A stretch of 64,000 bases of DNA from Marsupella aquatica (lineage: Eukaryota; Plantae; Marchantiophyta), in assembly GCA_973895155.1 (NCBI GenBank), contig OZ316895.1:16222070-16286069 (forward strand), read 5' to 3'. Positions within the stretch are counted from its first letter, which is position 1. Every line of letters begins with the position of its first letter. The notes under the pieces were generated by a model. The model searched no databases, had not been told where the DNA came from, and saw only the letters and a list, made by a program, of their open reading frames with translations. Position numbers and translations under genes: made by a program. This document shows, piece by piece, positions 50,561 to 64,000 of the stretch.

Positions 50561-53500
50561 TAGATTTAAGAATCCTTGTAGGAGAAGGTAATATCAAGGA
50601 TTGCACAATCAGATTTGATAGGAGATTGGGCACTCCTACATCCAATTTGGACTACTAGAAATCAATTTGAGAGATTATCAACTATTCAAAACATGATTAA
50701 ATTGCTGAAAAGAGATCCCGACTTAAAAGCAGAACTTAGAAGAATTAATAAAATAGAATACAATAACACTGAATTAAAACTTCATAATGTATTGGACTAC
50801 TATACACAACTCAAGTATTATTTAAATAGAGTACATTAATAACAAAATAACAAAATTTTGAATTAGTATTTTATAGACACATCTTAAAACTATTTGTCTT
50901 GAAATTCAGTAATTACAAAAAATCACCATATCTATTTTTTTACTTAATTCAATTAATACGTGGACCCCCATGTTCATCCAAGGAATGTGTGTGATAAAGT
51001 GATATCAATTTTCTACAAGGCGGTAACCGATGGTTTTGAGTCTCCCGATGATCTTGGTGTGTGCTCGTACCAAAGAGAACGCTCAAAAAGATAGAGGTCA
51101 TCGATCTGGTTGAGATGATCTCTTTGGTTCATCAAACCAAAGGTTGAATGTGTAGGAATTTTTGGGACTGTTTTTGCTCACACATTGGAGAAATTATGTT
51201 TCTACCATTCCTGATTGATTGATTGTTTGTGAATTACGTTGAGCATTACCGCCACAAGACAGACCGGAGAACATCACTCAGCTGTTGGCAAAAGGGTGCT
51301 TGTCATTTTGGGGGGAAGAACGCACAAAACGGACGAGCCATCACTTCACATACAGGTTTTGTATTTTTTCTAATTTAAGAAAGCTATTGTGTGAGGGGGA
51401 GACCAACGATTGTTTCTTTGACACAGAGGCTGCATTTGGCATCAACATGTGTTCAGAGTGAGCTTCGTTGAAGCCTAGACTGACGCAAACAATTCAAGTC
51501 AGGCAGCAAGCATTGCGGAGAAGCGATGACAACGTAATCAAAGAAATTAATTTGCAGTGGCTAAGTTTGTGACGGTGACGGGATTGTGATGTCTCTTAAT
51601 AGAGAAAGGGTTTCTCATGAGCCTTGGATTGACAAATTTTGTCAAGTTCCAAATGAGTTTTTGAATATCTTTCTTTCCAATGAGTGTGACAATAAGAAAT
51701 TTTGATCATGAGTTCATGAATTCTTTTAGCTTTTCAACATTGAGCCCGACATTGACAAATTTCATGTCAGATTTTGTCACGGTACTAAAGAGATCATGAG
51801 GTTTTCAATCTCTCTAACTTTCTAATGTGTGACATTGGAAGTATTCGTCAAGAATTAGAGAGATAATGAGTATCTTAATTTATCTAGCTTTCCAATGAAC
51901 TTAACATTGATAGATTTTGTCAAGTACTAAGGAGATGATGAGTTTCTAATTTCGCTTTAGCTTAGTTTCCAATGAATGTGACATTGAGAGATTTTATGAA
52001 GACAATCCTAAAGAGGTCATGAGTTTCTAAATTTTGATCTTCAACTTTCTGATGAATCAAACATTGACTTTTTCTTCACAACCACTACTAAAATAAATTA
52101 ATTATTTACCATAAATAGTCCATAACGAGGGCCATTTTTTTCACAGCCACTACTAAATTTTCTATTTTTAACAATATTTATTCATTTTTGAAAAGGAAAA
52201 AATCCAGCTGTAGATCTTGTTGAGATCTTTCTCTTGAGCCCTACATCGCCTTCTAAAATGGATGGACAAGATAGCTAGAGGCAAACAAAAATGGATGGCC
52301 AAGATGGAAGGAATTCAAATTTGAATAGACGGCCCAGATCTCAGAAATTTGAAAATCCACCAAAAATATTGAAGAGATTTGTTTTCCTTTTTTCTCCCTC
52401 AATACTTTATATTTTTGGCTGAAATTTTTATATCCGTAGATCTCGGTGAGATCTTTCGTTGAGCCCTTGATCACATCTAATGGTTGAGAATAGGTGCAGG
52501 GGCGAGCAAAATCCAACAGCTGATGGGAGGCGCATAGAGCGCCTCACGTTTTTCGAGGAAAGAATAGTTTTAGAGTGAGCACGGAGCCTCTTGGATGAGG
52601 AGTTGTGGTTTAAGGGAAAGAATTGAACAATTTTGCTGACTGAATCAAACGACAAGACGAGACCAAGCCTCGAGCCTTGGATCCATAGATTCTGTATATC
52701 TCCCACATGCAAGATTCTGTATATCTCCCACATGCAGGTGGTCCTTTCAAGGAGACAATACATATAGGGTGAAAACATGGTCACATGAACACTATGGCTC
52801 ATTCAATTGTAATTATTCAGCTTTATCTGACTTTAATCAAAGTCAGTTGGCAAAAACCGTCTTTCATTAGACAATGTTACTAAGTTTATATGTCAAGAGC
52901 GTTAATGAAGTGTATGTTCTGTACAAGTAGTTCTGGTTTATATTTACTAGAAGGCCTCTTGCATCTAGAGTCAATTCTCTTATAAATGCTCAGAAATTTT
53001 CAGTCTCATTGTCGGGCTCTCATAGATTTGCACATCAGAAGATGATGATTGCAAAACTGTCACTGTTGGGCTCATATAGATTTGCACAGTGCAAGATGAT
53101 AATTGCAAAAGTGCCTGGGTGCAAAATTAATCGTCCTAGCTCTCACTAGCGGAATTCTCAATTGAGACACTAGCTTTGCAGGAAGATTTGAGCGGTTGTC
53201 AATGTAGCCTGCTCTTTTTGATCCGGCCTCAAATGGTCTTGGAATGGAAGACATTGATTTTACAGATTTTTTCAGCATAGCCGAAGCTGTTGTTGTCGAT
53301 TGCAGCATTGATAGGACTGAACAGGTATTTTGCTATGTAATGGGTCCATATGACTCTTCAGGATCATTCTCTTCTTAGCATGCATTCTTTGGTTAAAAAT
53401 AGACCAAAACCTTGTGACCATCAGAGAGCAGACATAAATTTATCAAAGTTCAAGGTGAGTGAAAAGTAAAACCGTGCTCTGGTGGTGGGCGATTATAAAA

Positions 53501-56500
53501 GCGCATCCCCACCTCCGTCTCCCCACTTGCATCTTTTTGATCTTGATCCTCATCAAATCTCTTGTTGTCTCTTGTTCTGTTTTCGATCCTCTGAGCTACT
53601 GTATTACTTCTACTACTTTTCTTTTCTGCCTGCCTTATAGAGCTAATTCTGATATTGATCACTCCCAATTCTTCTGCGGTTCGGTCTTTCCCATGCAGAC
53701 ACACATTCATTTCCTTTTCGTTCTTTGTCCTTCAGTCCTGCCTCCTCTGGATGCAATGATGTTTACCTCCTCGTCCCCCGCATTCAATACTCTCAATGAC
53801 TCATCACCATTAATTCTTCGCTTTGTCTATTCCTCAAAGGAACTTCTGCTTAAAGTTATTAACAAACTTTAATCCGAATGTTATTTAACAAAGATTCCCG
53901 CTCAATGTACTCATGCTAGTTGGTACATTGTAGAAGGAGAATTGACAACACACAAATATGCACCCAATTTAAAAATTTGCATCTGATGAAGACCAGTTTG
54001 TTCATACCTTATCGCCTTGAAGGCCAAAATTCCCAAGACTAGAAAACAAATCGCCTCGTACACCCCAACCCTAAACCCTAAACCCTTGTTTTACTTTCGA
54101 GAACTCTTTTGCCCCTATGGACAATAATTCCAACCTTCCGTTCTTTCCTTGGAATGAATTAGCATGTGCAAGCTGGCTAAGTGTATTGTTTTCAACATGC
54201 TCAGAAAAGGTGAATCTGAAACTAGAATTTTAGAAGAAACCTTTAAAGTCTCAAAATTGTCCACAATTGAGAACAAATTCATGCATAAAAGCAAAGAAGA
54301 GTTTCACAACAGTAGTCCAGTTACTAGGGGTTGTGAAAGAATGAAGCTAAAGCTCACGAAGGATTCTACAATCCTTCGTTAGTAGGGAGATAGATAGCGA
54401 GCTAATACCATGCTAATGGACCTCAAATCACATGTAAACACAAAGAGGAGTTTCAAAACACCAGTCCCCTTCATATATTTTGTTTATAAACGAATCAAGC
54501 TCAGTCTCACCAAGGATTTTAATATTTCAAGTAGAGACATAGGGAGCTTGTACCATAATTTTGGACCGAGACTAGAACGACATAGTATTATTCAAATGCA
54601 CGAGCAAGTCTCATGACGGCAGATGTTACAGATTCAACGCATGAGCCTCTATGAACTCATCCAAGTGACGAAACGATTTCTATAACCCTGCATTATGCAG
54701 AGTCGTAATTTTTTTGATATGGGTACCTGATGACGAAGTCGCCACGAGAAGCCATGCACCAGGATTACTTGTCCTGTTGACGTCAATGAAACGAATTATG
54801 ATCCCATTTGTATGATTTCGCAACATTTTAGGGTGCTTTACAAGTCCCGGTTCGGTTCCAAAGCTGGCAATGGGAGTAGATACGACGTCGTAGCACATGT
54901 CCTAAAGCTGGAAGATTGAAACCTCTGGGACTGCAATCATTGTGCTGCATCATCTGTACTACAGGTAATTCTGTGCGTTGCCTTTACCGTGGACCAATCT
55001 GATTCTGTCGAGAGACTCCAAAATCTGAAGGTAGGCAGATATAATACAAGCCTGTACATCTGTACCGCCTCAACATTACGCGGGTGCACCAGACGTGACT
55101 CAAAACTGTGGAGTCAGTAGACTAAACCAAAGACTTCCCAACATCCATTCATGAAGGCTTTGTGGATATATCACTGGACACGGCCCTTCCACATGACCTG
55201 GAGGGAATTGACATGGACTGTGCAGTCATTTCACGTTGGTTGCGTGCAGTCGCAAAATTGAGAGTGGCTCGTAGTTGCCGCAAACCTGCAATATCCGCTT
55301 TTTCCCGTTCCCTTGCGCAGGAATCAAAGTCATCATTGCAAGGGAACCAATTACACGGGTATAATTACACAAATACTGATCAGGACAACCAAATTCCTAC
55401 AGATTAAAAGCAATAAAGATGAGAAAGGACAGAAATTTCTCTCCCTCAGGGATTAAGCACAGTCGGTTCTCTCGTTCTGACATGGATGGCCAAAACTCAA
55501 AAACACATTGCTAGTACTGAAGGTGCTATGTGGAAAGGCATTAAATGGTTTAGAGAGCAAACATTGTCTTCGATAAACTACTGTCATCTTGAGACTTATG
55601 CGATCGTTGCTATGCATCTCCTGTAGGCAATTCTTCAATGTCAGCGCAACTGGAAGCCTTTCTATCTTGACAGATATGGTTCCACGGTCAGAGAGTCGTC
55701 CATTGACTTTCTGGGCTAATGGAAGCTCTTCCGGTCTCGTTGAGTAAACTCTTCTGCCGAGGGAAATTTGAAATAAGTAAAACTACTGTAATGGCATTCC
55801 GTTCCTTGTCTGCCAATGACTAAACAAGCGGTGACGAAAGATTAGCAAGCCTTACATTCGCCATGAATATTGCGATAACCTTGTCAGGGTCAAGCAGCAT
55901 ACTATTTCCGAGACAAAGAGCAGGGATAGGACATCCACTAGTGCAGCATTGGCGGACTGGAACTACCCACGCTTACCCCCTCCTCGTCTCCTGCCGCCTG
56001 CAGAGCAACTGGTGGTTTCAATGGCTTCTCCTCTCATCACTCCTGCAGCACATGGAGGTGCGTCCTCGTCCAGGAAGGCCCTCATGTGTGTACTAGATCA
56101 CAGTATTTTTGGTATTCCAAAAAATCCTTCTACGCTTTTGAGGCTTTGTTTCTAGACCTCATACCAGCCCCAAATTGGTACCTTAAATTCACGTCCACCC
56201 CAGCGAGTGATTCACAATCTCCACCGTATTTTGACGTTGTGTAAATTGGCAGGGCTCCATACTTCTACCGTCAATTAACGTCCAACCCAGCGAACGAGTC
56301 ACTGTCCCCACCATACTCTGAAGTTAGGTCAATTAGAGTTCTACATACTTGAATTTAAGGGGATCAAACGCCGATCATGCTCATCATCATTCTGTTTAGA
56401 GGCTTCCATTCTAGAAGCCTGCAGGGTTTAGAGAATACAAGAGTTCATCGACGAACGCTTCCAAGAGTTCTAATCCTACCAAGCTGAGACACTTCAAGGT

Positions 56501-59374
56501 GTCCATACAAATCCTAAAAACACTGGAAGATGTTATTCCAACTGACGATTGAGTCCTGGGTGTAATTTGCAAGTCGAGCAAAGATTTCCTGCATATACTA
56601 TTTTGGAGCACAAACACGAAGATTAATGACGTCGTGCAGCTGTTAGTAAGTGGGGCCCGTGTTCAGTTACCGAGCTCCAATTGTTTTCCAAAAAGACTTT
56701 GTGATTAGAATATATGATATTTGAAGTTGCCCTAAAGTACGTTGGATTTGGTGCAATCTGTCGCACAAGCTTTTGGCACAGCTGAGATGTACATTGGCCT
56801 TGCTTAGAGAGATTTGCAAGAACCTATAGGCTGATTCTTGGAAAGAACTTGACTTACGAAGGAAAAAATTATAAAGTAAAAGTAGACAAAGCTTTACTTT
56901 TGGAGCAAGTCTATTCAACAAACCATCTTCCCCTTGGCACAACTACAGTAGCACTACCACTTCTGTCCCATTTTGCATTCTTTATTATGGAACCAAGGCA
57001 CCCTGGTTAATCATGGAGTGTCTATACTCATCGGAACGAGAGAGGATCGGTTTACTCTGGTTGACCATTGACAGCCGGCACCCCTAGCGGTCGCATTGAC
57101 CCCTCCTCACGTAAGACTCACCTATTCGAAGTGCCCCTGGTCATCTCGAAAGCTTACTAAGATTAAGAAAAATAACCTCAACAGCAATAATCATCGAGCT
57201 TAACCGATGTAAAACAGGGAGCATTATAAATCTTCCGAAGCAAAGGCCTTTGATGATTTTCAGTAACATCCACGGTGATCTAGCAAGAATACGTAAACCA
57301 ACACGTCCAATAAACAAAGCTATACACAACTACATAAGCTAGTTCTCAGCTATACCATGTACCTTTAGATCTGTACTACGAAGTATTAGTTGTTACCGAT
57401 AAAAATACTGGAAAACACAGCGGGGTTCCAAAAAAATCTGGCAGATGAATTTCCTTGGTCAAATCCCTGAGGGTCTCCTGACGGAGGAAATGTGTTTCTG
57501 GTGGCATAATCCACCCTCTTGAGGTCACATTTTACGGCCTATTTGATTTCTCTAATTTATCCCGCCCCTTTTTATAAATCTATCGAAACAACTCTGTAAC
57601 CGCGAATTGTCAATCTCCAATGGGAGTTGACCAGATGAAGTATCATTGCTGTATTCCTCCTTAATACATACCACTTGGGAAAAAACGACACAATAAATAT
57701 CTTACTGCATAAAAGTTACCTTATGTCTATTGCACCGCACTGCTCACATATTCCAAGGAGAAGAACGCCAATCCATCCCCAATCTGTAGAGAACTCAAGT
57801 CTGGTCGAAAGTAGAACATCAGCTGCAAAAATGCAAATTTGAGAAGCATCATCATCTCACTCGAATGTTCAAAGTGTTCAGGCCAAGACCCAGAGTGGTA
57901 CCAAAGCCTCAAGTGATGCTAGCAGTTCCAACATTGAACTACGTGCTGTAATTCGTAACCACGATAGTTGCCTAGCCACTGGGCTGGCCCTACAGAATTG
58001 GACAACCCTCTTTTTACTCCTACTAGAAACTAAGAACACCACCTCACCAGCCCATGTTGGAAGCTTTTATATACTATCAAGCTGCATTTAACTAGGCTAC
58101 CCCCGAAAAATGACTTTATCGCTCATTTAAATTGACAAATGCATATCGAAATATCATCTACACCAGAAGAAGCATACGTCACAACATTAGTTTGGGACCT
58201 GTCACTTAACTGCTGTGGTCGACCTACAAACCGGGAAGACTACTTTTTTCTCAAAACGCGTGCAGCAGACACTAGTCAAATATTCCAGACATAAAGTCAG
58301 CCTTGTCTCTTCAGCATGCACAGCTTCAGACATTCTCGGAGACAGATGGAGGCTACAACCACTCAACATCTATTCATTGACTCATTTGTGATTCCCATTT
58401 GATATACTGTTGACCAAAAGCCTATAAATTGACGGTGTACAAGGCCGATAGAGCCAGAAGCCCAGGTCGGGCAACCAAAACAAGTCGTGAGATTCCCTTA
58501 AGAGTTCACACAGATTTCACTTCATTGAAGAGGCCTCCTCTGTCTGCCTTGCTGCAAACCGACACAGCTGCCACACAGATCCAAGAGACAGACACGTACG
58601 CAGCTGAAAGTGAAAAATGACATCTGAAATACAAAACGTATAAAAGTCCATCCCAAATAAGCTGATTTTCATAGCGAAGAGCAATTAGCAGATAGGAACA
58701 GGTCACCAGAAGAATTCCTGAAAAAGTATATACAGCCCTATCCCGCACAGTTGTAAAGCCAGCAAGCTGTTGCACACAGCCTCAGGTTTTCAAGACTGGT
58801 CTGCAAATTCCTTTTATAGGTCTACAACTGGATTATGCAGTGAACCATGTTGCTACATACTTCACAACCATTAATCCAAAGGGAGATAACAATGTTGGTA
58901 CACCAAGCCTTGGTCATTTCATATCTATACCACCTGCTGTCAGAATGTCTAAAGACCTATTTGGCAGTTGCAGGCACGCCATATGACGGCCCTCCACGAA
59001 CCGCTTGGGCAAATCCTTTGCTTCGAGACCACGCTGGTTATCTTGCTGTACATTTGTAACCGAGCAGACATCCTACCAAACGCCATTGCAGCATTTGCTT
59101 CGAGGTCCTGGTTTGCTTGTCGACTCTGACCAAAACAAGGAAAATCGGGATCAACCCACGTAACGAGAAATAATCCCACTAATTTCCAAAAACATCAACT
59201 CTAGTTGTCCCAACTATACAGGGGAAAGTGAAAGAAAAGATCCATAGGATTTCCTGACACCAGACGGAAGCTGAAGAAAGAGTAGCACAGTATTCAGTTG
59301 GCTTAAACACGTCATACCAAAAGCAAGGAGTTACCAAAGAAAGGAAACGGTTTTGAGTTGGGAGGAGGCCAAAC

Positions 59375-59785
59375 CTAAATCTGAAGATTTGTCATTTGGT
59401 CTACAACCAGTGCAGGTGGCGGCATGATTGGCAATCTCATCAGACCAGAATCAGACAATTTTGTCAATCTTGATGTTGAGACATCCGGAGCGTTTCGGAG
59501 GGTTGCAGCAGCTTGTGCCGAGGCAGATGCAAGTGCCTGCAATGTCATAATTACCTCCATAGTGTCATCCAAATAATATTTCGCTTTGCTTGGCTTCCGC
59601 CCAACAGTGCAAGCAAAGACCTTTGCTTGAGATGCGTAGGGAGGCAGTGCCATGGTGTCCTCGATACTTTCAAACATGTCTTCGTCAGATCTATCATCAC
59701 CGATACACAGCACAAAGTCTGCGGGTGGCCCCTTTTCTGCTATGATTGATAGAAGTTGTTCAACCACCAAGCCTTTACTGACGCC
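59375..59785 (-). CDS. TPS: Class II trehalose-6-phosphate synthase/phosphatase, exon 3
   Basis: TGCAG|GGCGTC acceptor, GVSKG…CIGDDRSDEDMF…ACTVGRKPSKAKYYLDD, stop at 59375. Confidence 0.92.
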   Translation of the reverse strand, partial: GVSKGLVVEQLLSIIAEKGPPADFVLCIGDDRSDEDMFESIEDTMALPPYASQAKVFACTVGRKPSKAKYYLDDTMEVIMTLQALASASAQAAATLRNAPDVSTSRLTKLSDSGLMRLPIMPPPALVVDQMTNLQI

Positions 59786-59893
59786 CTGCAAATGCATGTC
59801 CGCGTGAGTTCCTCACTGGTAAGAAGATCAATCGAAACAATTTGCTGAAGATATGACAGAACTACATAATTGTAGGAGCCTAAATTAGATTAC

Positions 59894-60167
59894 CTGTGGT
59901 TTAACTTCTACAATATGCTGGCCACTTTTTACTGAAACTGATTCATTGGCCAATACACTCTCCAGATGATCCAACAACTCCTTTGCTTGCCAAGATCCAA
60001 AGTCCGGATCTGCATCTCGAAATTGCCAGACCAGCGCACTTTCCTTTTTTTCTACTTCAGACCCATCCGTGGACTCCTTGTACAAATTCATAATCGGTTC
60101 TACCAACTCTTTCCATTCATAGTCATGGACTGCCACAGACGTGACCCACTCTTCTTCTCTGCGCCAC
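59894..60167 (-). CDS. TPS: Class II trehalose-6-phosphate synthase/phosphatase, exon 2
   Basis: GACAG|G acceptor and CAG|GTAAT donor; STDGS…KESALVW…ADPDFGSWQAKELLDHLE…VEVKPQ. Phases are consistent with exons 1 and 3. Confidence 0.92.
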
Positions 60168-60369
60168 CTGTCACAAACAGACAGAAAAGTCAGGTAAGAA
60201 AAGTATTTCATCATTTGTCATTTGAGGCCGTATCCAGGCAGTACGATGCCGAGAAAACAGCTCTGACTGCCAACTCCTATGTGGTCCGGCAGTAAATTTC
60301 GAGAAAGACAAAACCGAATTTTTCTTCTCTAAAGCCATAGTGCTGGTGCAGCCAAGAAAAACATGTCAC

Positions 60370-62333
60370 CTGTAAAAGAATCCATGCTCGGCAGCGATCC
60401 CTAACTTCTCACACTTCTCAAAACATTTGCTTAAGATCGTTTTCTCGCGGCCGCTAACGATGAAGACCACATTCTTGGGGTCTGCAGTGAGGGTGTTCAA
60501 AAGGGATATAATCTGAGGACTAGGATCCCTATCGTGCCAATTCTGAGGGATCATTGTACCATCATAGTCCAATAAAATGGCACGGCTAGCACTTCTCTTA
60601 TAAGCTGAAACGATGTGTTCCGTTTGAAGTTTTCGAAAATTAGGGCCAAGGGCAACTACTCTAAATCCCAAACCGAAGCCAATGCCATAGGTGTTCCTCT
60701 TGTGATGCTCTTCGCATGTCCGCTCCAAATCTCCGACGAAACTTCGTGCCCAGCACGCAACATCGTGTGTACTGACATACTTGAAATGCTTTTCATGTCG
60801 GATGTGCTTCTCAGATTCGGGCAAGGTGATGGCCGCATTCATGGCCTCTGCCACAGCTTCAATATTCCAGGGATTTACTCGAATTGCTCCACTGAGTGAC
60901 GGAGAACAACCAATAAACTCTGAGATGACCAACATACTCTTCTTCGGTCTTTCGGAAATTCCTGACCCAGTCTCAAGAGCAGGTGGACTGCCTTGTCTAC
61001 ATACAATATACTCGTACGGAATAAGATTCATCCCATCACGAACGGCTGTCACTACGCAGCATTCTGCGACGGTGTAGTAGGCAATCCTTTCAGCCATAGG
61101 AGTATTTCTTTCAATGAGCATTACTGGCTGGTAGTTTTTGCTTCCAAATTCGCTGTTGATCTTGTCCACTAATGCATACACCTCAATTTGAACCTCAGCG
61201 ACGTCCTTACCACGACTTCGAGCTGGATTTGCTATCTGTACCAACACCACCTTCTCTCGCCACTCGATGTGCTGCAGTAAAAGCTGCTCCATAGCCAACA
61301 GCTTCAGGCTGAGGCCTTTGAAGACATCCATGTCATCCACACCAAGAAGGACCGTTTTCCCTGCCAATTGCTCATGAAGATCTGCTATTCGCTTCCGAGC
61401 ATCTGGATCCTCCAATGACGTTTCCAGTTGCCCCATGTGAATTCCAGCGGGCATGATCTTGATTCCCACCATCCGGCCATAGTACTCCAATCCGATGTAT
61501 CCTCTCTTCGATTCATACTCTAATCCAAGCATTCGACTACAACATGAGAGGAAATGACGTGCATAATCAAATGTGTGGAAGCCAATCAAATCGGCGTTCA
61601 GCAGGGACCTCAAAATTTCGTCCCGGACTGGCAATGTCCTGTAAATCTCAGAAGATGGAAAGGGGCTGTGGAGGAAAAACCCCATCCGGATCCTGTTGAA
61701 TCTCTTCCTTAGAAAGGTGGGCAGAACGAGCAGATGGTAGTCATGAACCCACACATAGTCATCATCTGGGCTGATAACTTCCATTACCTTATCCGCAAAT
61801 ATTCTGTTCACGTAAACATAAGCTTGCCACTGGGACCGGTCGAACCGACCACCCTGACCTCCACTCAGGGGCAGCATATAGTGAAAGAGTGGCCACAACT
61901 GCTGCTTACAAAAGCCAACGTAATAATTGTTTTTTACCGCAGGCGGCAGAAATGCGGGTACGCAATTGAAGTCCACCAGTAGCCTTGCTGCCACTTCGTC
62001 TTGTTCACTGACATCCACATCCTCTCTCAAGCACCCAATGTAGATCACCTCCCTGTCCGCTGCTATCCCATCTTTAAGCTGCAACAGCAACGACTCGTCG
62101 TCCCACCGAAAGTTCCACTTCCCATCTTCGCCTCTCTCTGTGTGCAACGGCAACATATGCCCCACTATGATCATATGCTCTAGCGGTGAGACCGAGCTCC
62201 GAGGGCTCGGGCAAGCATCCATCTCGTTGACAAGCCCCGCCACTGTCATCACTCGAGGTATTCGTCTACCCCAGCGGGGTGACTCCGCTCCCGCACCCAG
62301 ATCCAACAAGTTGGCATAAGATCTCGACACCAT
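60370..62333 (-). CDS. TPS: Class II trehalose-6-phosphate synthase/phosphatase, exon 1 (spliced CDS 2649 nt, 882 aa)
   Basis: MVSRSYANLLDL class II N-terminus; GT20 motifs WVHDYHL, GFFLHSPFPSSE, RDGMNL, SEFIGCSPSL; HAD motif LLDYDGT; AG|GTGAC donor. Two introns in the TPP part are typical of plant class II TPS. Confidence 0.95.
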
Positions 62334-64000
62334 CTTTGCCTGCTTTAACCTACCTTCCTATTTGCTTTCCCTCTCTTCCAAACACCCCGACTATCTGCCA
62401 AACCAATCTCCCGCGTACCCTTACAAGTTTTCTTCTCACATCCGATCATGAATTTCAGTTATCATCGTCTCATTTCCGAATTCCCCACCGACGTATCAGC
62501 AATGAGCAGCTTCCCCTTCCCCGCCCCCCTTCCTCGCCTAGACTAGGAGTTTCTTAACCTTCCACTCCGAACACAAATTTCCAGCCGAGTAATTGCCATC
62601 CGTTTCGTCCAGCGGAGTTGAATCTGTCTTGAATATCTCACGTTGAGACCCTCATCCTCGACCCCCAACTAGCTCGTCAGACAACCTCCCCTCTACCTGT
62701 GTCACAACGGAGGATAACGCTACGAGAAAGCTGGTAGTTGTGGCGACCTAACATCCTCGTCCTTGAGCGAAGGAACACAACGTTGGACTGCTGCTTCTCC
62801 CGGCAGAGAAAAAAGAAGAAGGATGGATATGCTAGTAGTACGCTCCTCCCGGCCACGGCTGCTGCTGCTGCCTCCGCCTCCTTTCCCATCGTAAAAGCAT
62901 TATTAGGAAAATGCCAGGCCTCCTCCACACCAAACCGAACAGAACCTCCTCGTCCGTCTGTCGCCAAACTCCGTCCTCGTCACCACTGATCCATCAACAA
63001 CAGCATTTGCATGTCCAGCTTGCCTTCCGTGATCGAAAAAGCTGCTTCGAACACAATCTAATTCCTTTCCGTGCTCCTATTCCCCGCGCTACTTCTTCGT
63101 CACTCTCCTCCAGCCCACCCGAACCAAACTTCAAAAAGGCTGCTCTCCTGCTGTTGCTTTGCGCGGCTCAGCCCTGCTCGACTCAAGCTCCCCCGCTTCC
63201 TCACTTGGAGTCACTTATTAGAGCTACCTACAGCAGCTTTCTCTCTATCTGTCGGAGACTACTACTACTCTAGACTCCTTCCTCCACCTCCTTCGCGGAA
63301 TCGCGGCGTTCCTCGCAATGGACGTGAGCAGACAACAGAACAGCGGCAGCCGCGGCATCCACACGGACTGCGAGCCGTACTCAGCTTATCCACACACGCG
63401 CCCGGGAATCATGACCTCCTTTCTCTCCGCTCCCAATATCTCCCTCTATACAATGCGTTTGCTCTGCCTGCTCCAGTTTTCAACTCATCCGGCCACTCCG
63501 GCCCAGATCAGCACGGAGCTACGGACATACGACGGCCGCGCTTCACACCCGTCCTGCACGCGTCTTCTGCGTATTCAAGACAGTGAGTAGATCAACGTCA
63601 CCAAGACCCTCCCGAAAAATCTTTTTCACGGCAAACAACGCATATCACCGCCCCAAACAGGCTTCCTCTCGTTCTCTTCGACGAAGTAATCAAAGTAAGA
63701 AGGTGACTGTCACCAACAGCCTCTCCCTCTCCTCATCCTCGTCTAGTACTAGGACCATCATCCGTCTCCGTCACCGAGAGTCTCTTCCCCTCCCCCCTCG
63801 CTTCCCATCACTCACTCCAAGGGCTTGGTGTCCATCCTCTTTCCCGTTTCGCGTTGCAAAAACAATTTTCCAGACACCACGAGACAGGACAGCGTACACT
63901 AGTGTCTAGCAGCAGTAGTCCCGCTTCTCTCGTTTTCTTTCCAGCATTCCTATGCAAGCTTTCCAAATGTAAGCCAGGTAAACGAGCGCATTCTTCTCCC

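Larger units (their letters stand above)
31727..52068. mobile_element. Long-inverted-repeat (foldback-like) element with ~1.1-kb arms, left arm split by two nested retroelements
   Basis: 31727-32102 + 38332-38906 + 48986-49135 is the reverse complement of 50951-52068. The outer parts are built of ~60-bp degenerate repeats (CAATGT…CATTGGAAAG). No TSD identified. Confidence 0.8.

Noticed and set aside
54067-54086. About three AAACCCT telomere-type repeats
   Set aside because: Too short to call an interstitial telomere; telo-box-like motifs are common in plant DNA.
54600-56100. Possible exons of an unknown gene
   Set aside because: Short ORFs with no recognisable domain, and a splice chain could not be built.
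62334-64000. ORFs upstream of TPS
   Set aside because: Low-complexity pyrimidine/purine-skewed sequence typical of a plant 5' UTR or promoter; no domain evidence.

Overview
Eukaryotic land-plant DNA (a non-seed plant is a guess), mostly transposon-derived, with one clear host gene: a 3-exon class II trehalose-6-phosphate synthase/phosphatase on the minus strand (62333-59375). The main find is a retroelement family present as two near-full copies (2925-12571, 38907-48981), one internally deleted copy (~27346-28697) and one old relic (~14640-15510). Its reconstructed polyprotein is Gag (2x CCHC) - aspartic protease - DNMT3/DRM-like C5 cytosine methyltransferase - RT - RNase H - DDE integrase - PHD finger. 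It has Ty3/Gypsy domain order but no ordinary LTRs. The ends are TGTCATG...CACGACA with 4-bp TSDs. Copy 2 has a split-direct-repeat layout A1-internal-B1-gc-A2-B2, and copy 1 is A-internal-B. A G7 tract abuts B. The sequence just after A is not a tRNA PBS but the reverse complement of a 15-mer inside A, with a compensatory change in the third copy, suggesting Tf1-like self-priming. My inference is that the functional LTR is B-gc-A and that integrase attacks a site inside it, possibly via a circular intermediate. Also present: a full-length degenerate Ty1/Copia element (32103-38326, ATTGG TSD), a ~1.1-kb inverted-repeat element enclosing a decayed PIF1-like helicase (both retroelements are nested in its left arm), two solo LTRs, a MITE-like element, a tRNA-derived SINE and several local tandem duplications. 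All alignments were done by eye; no database searches were run.
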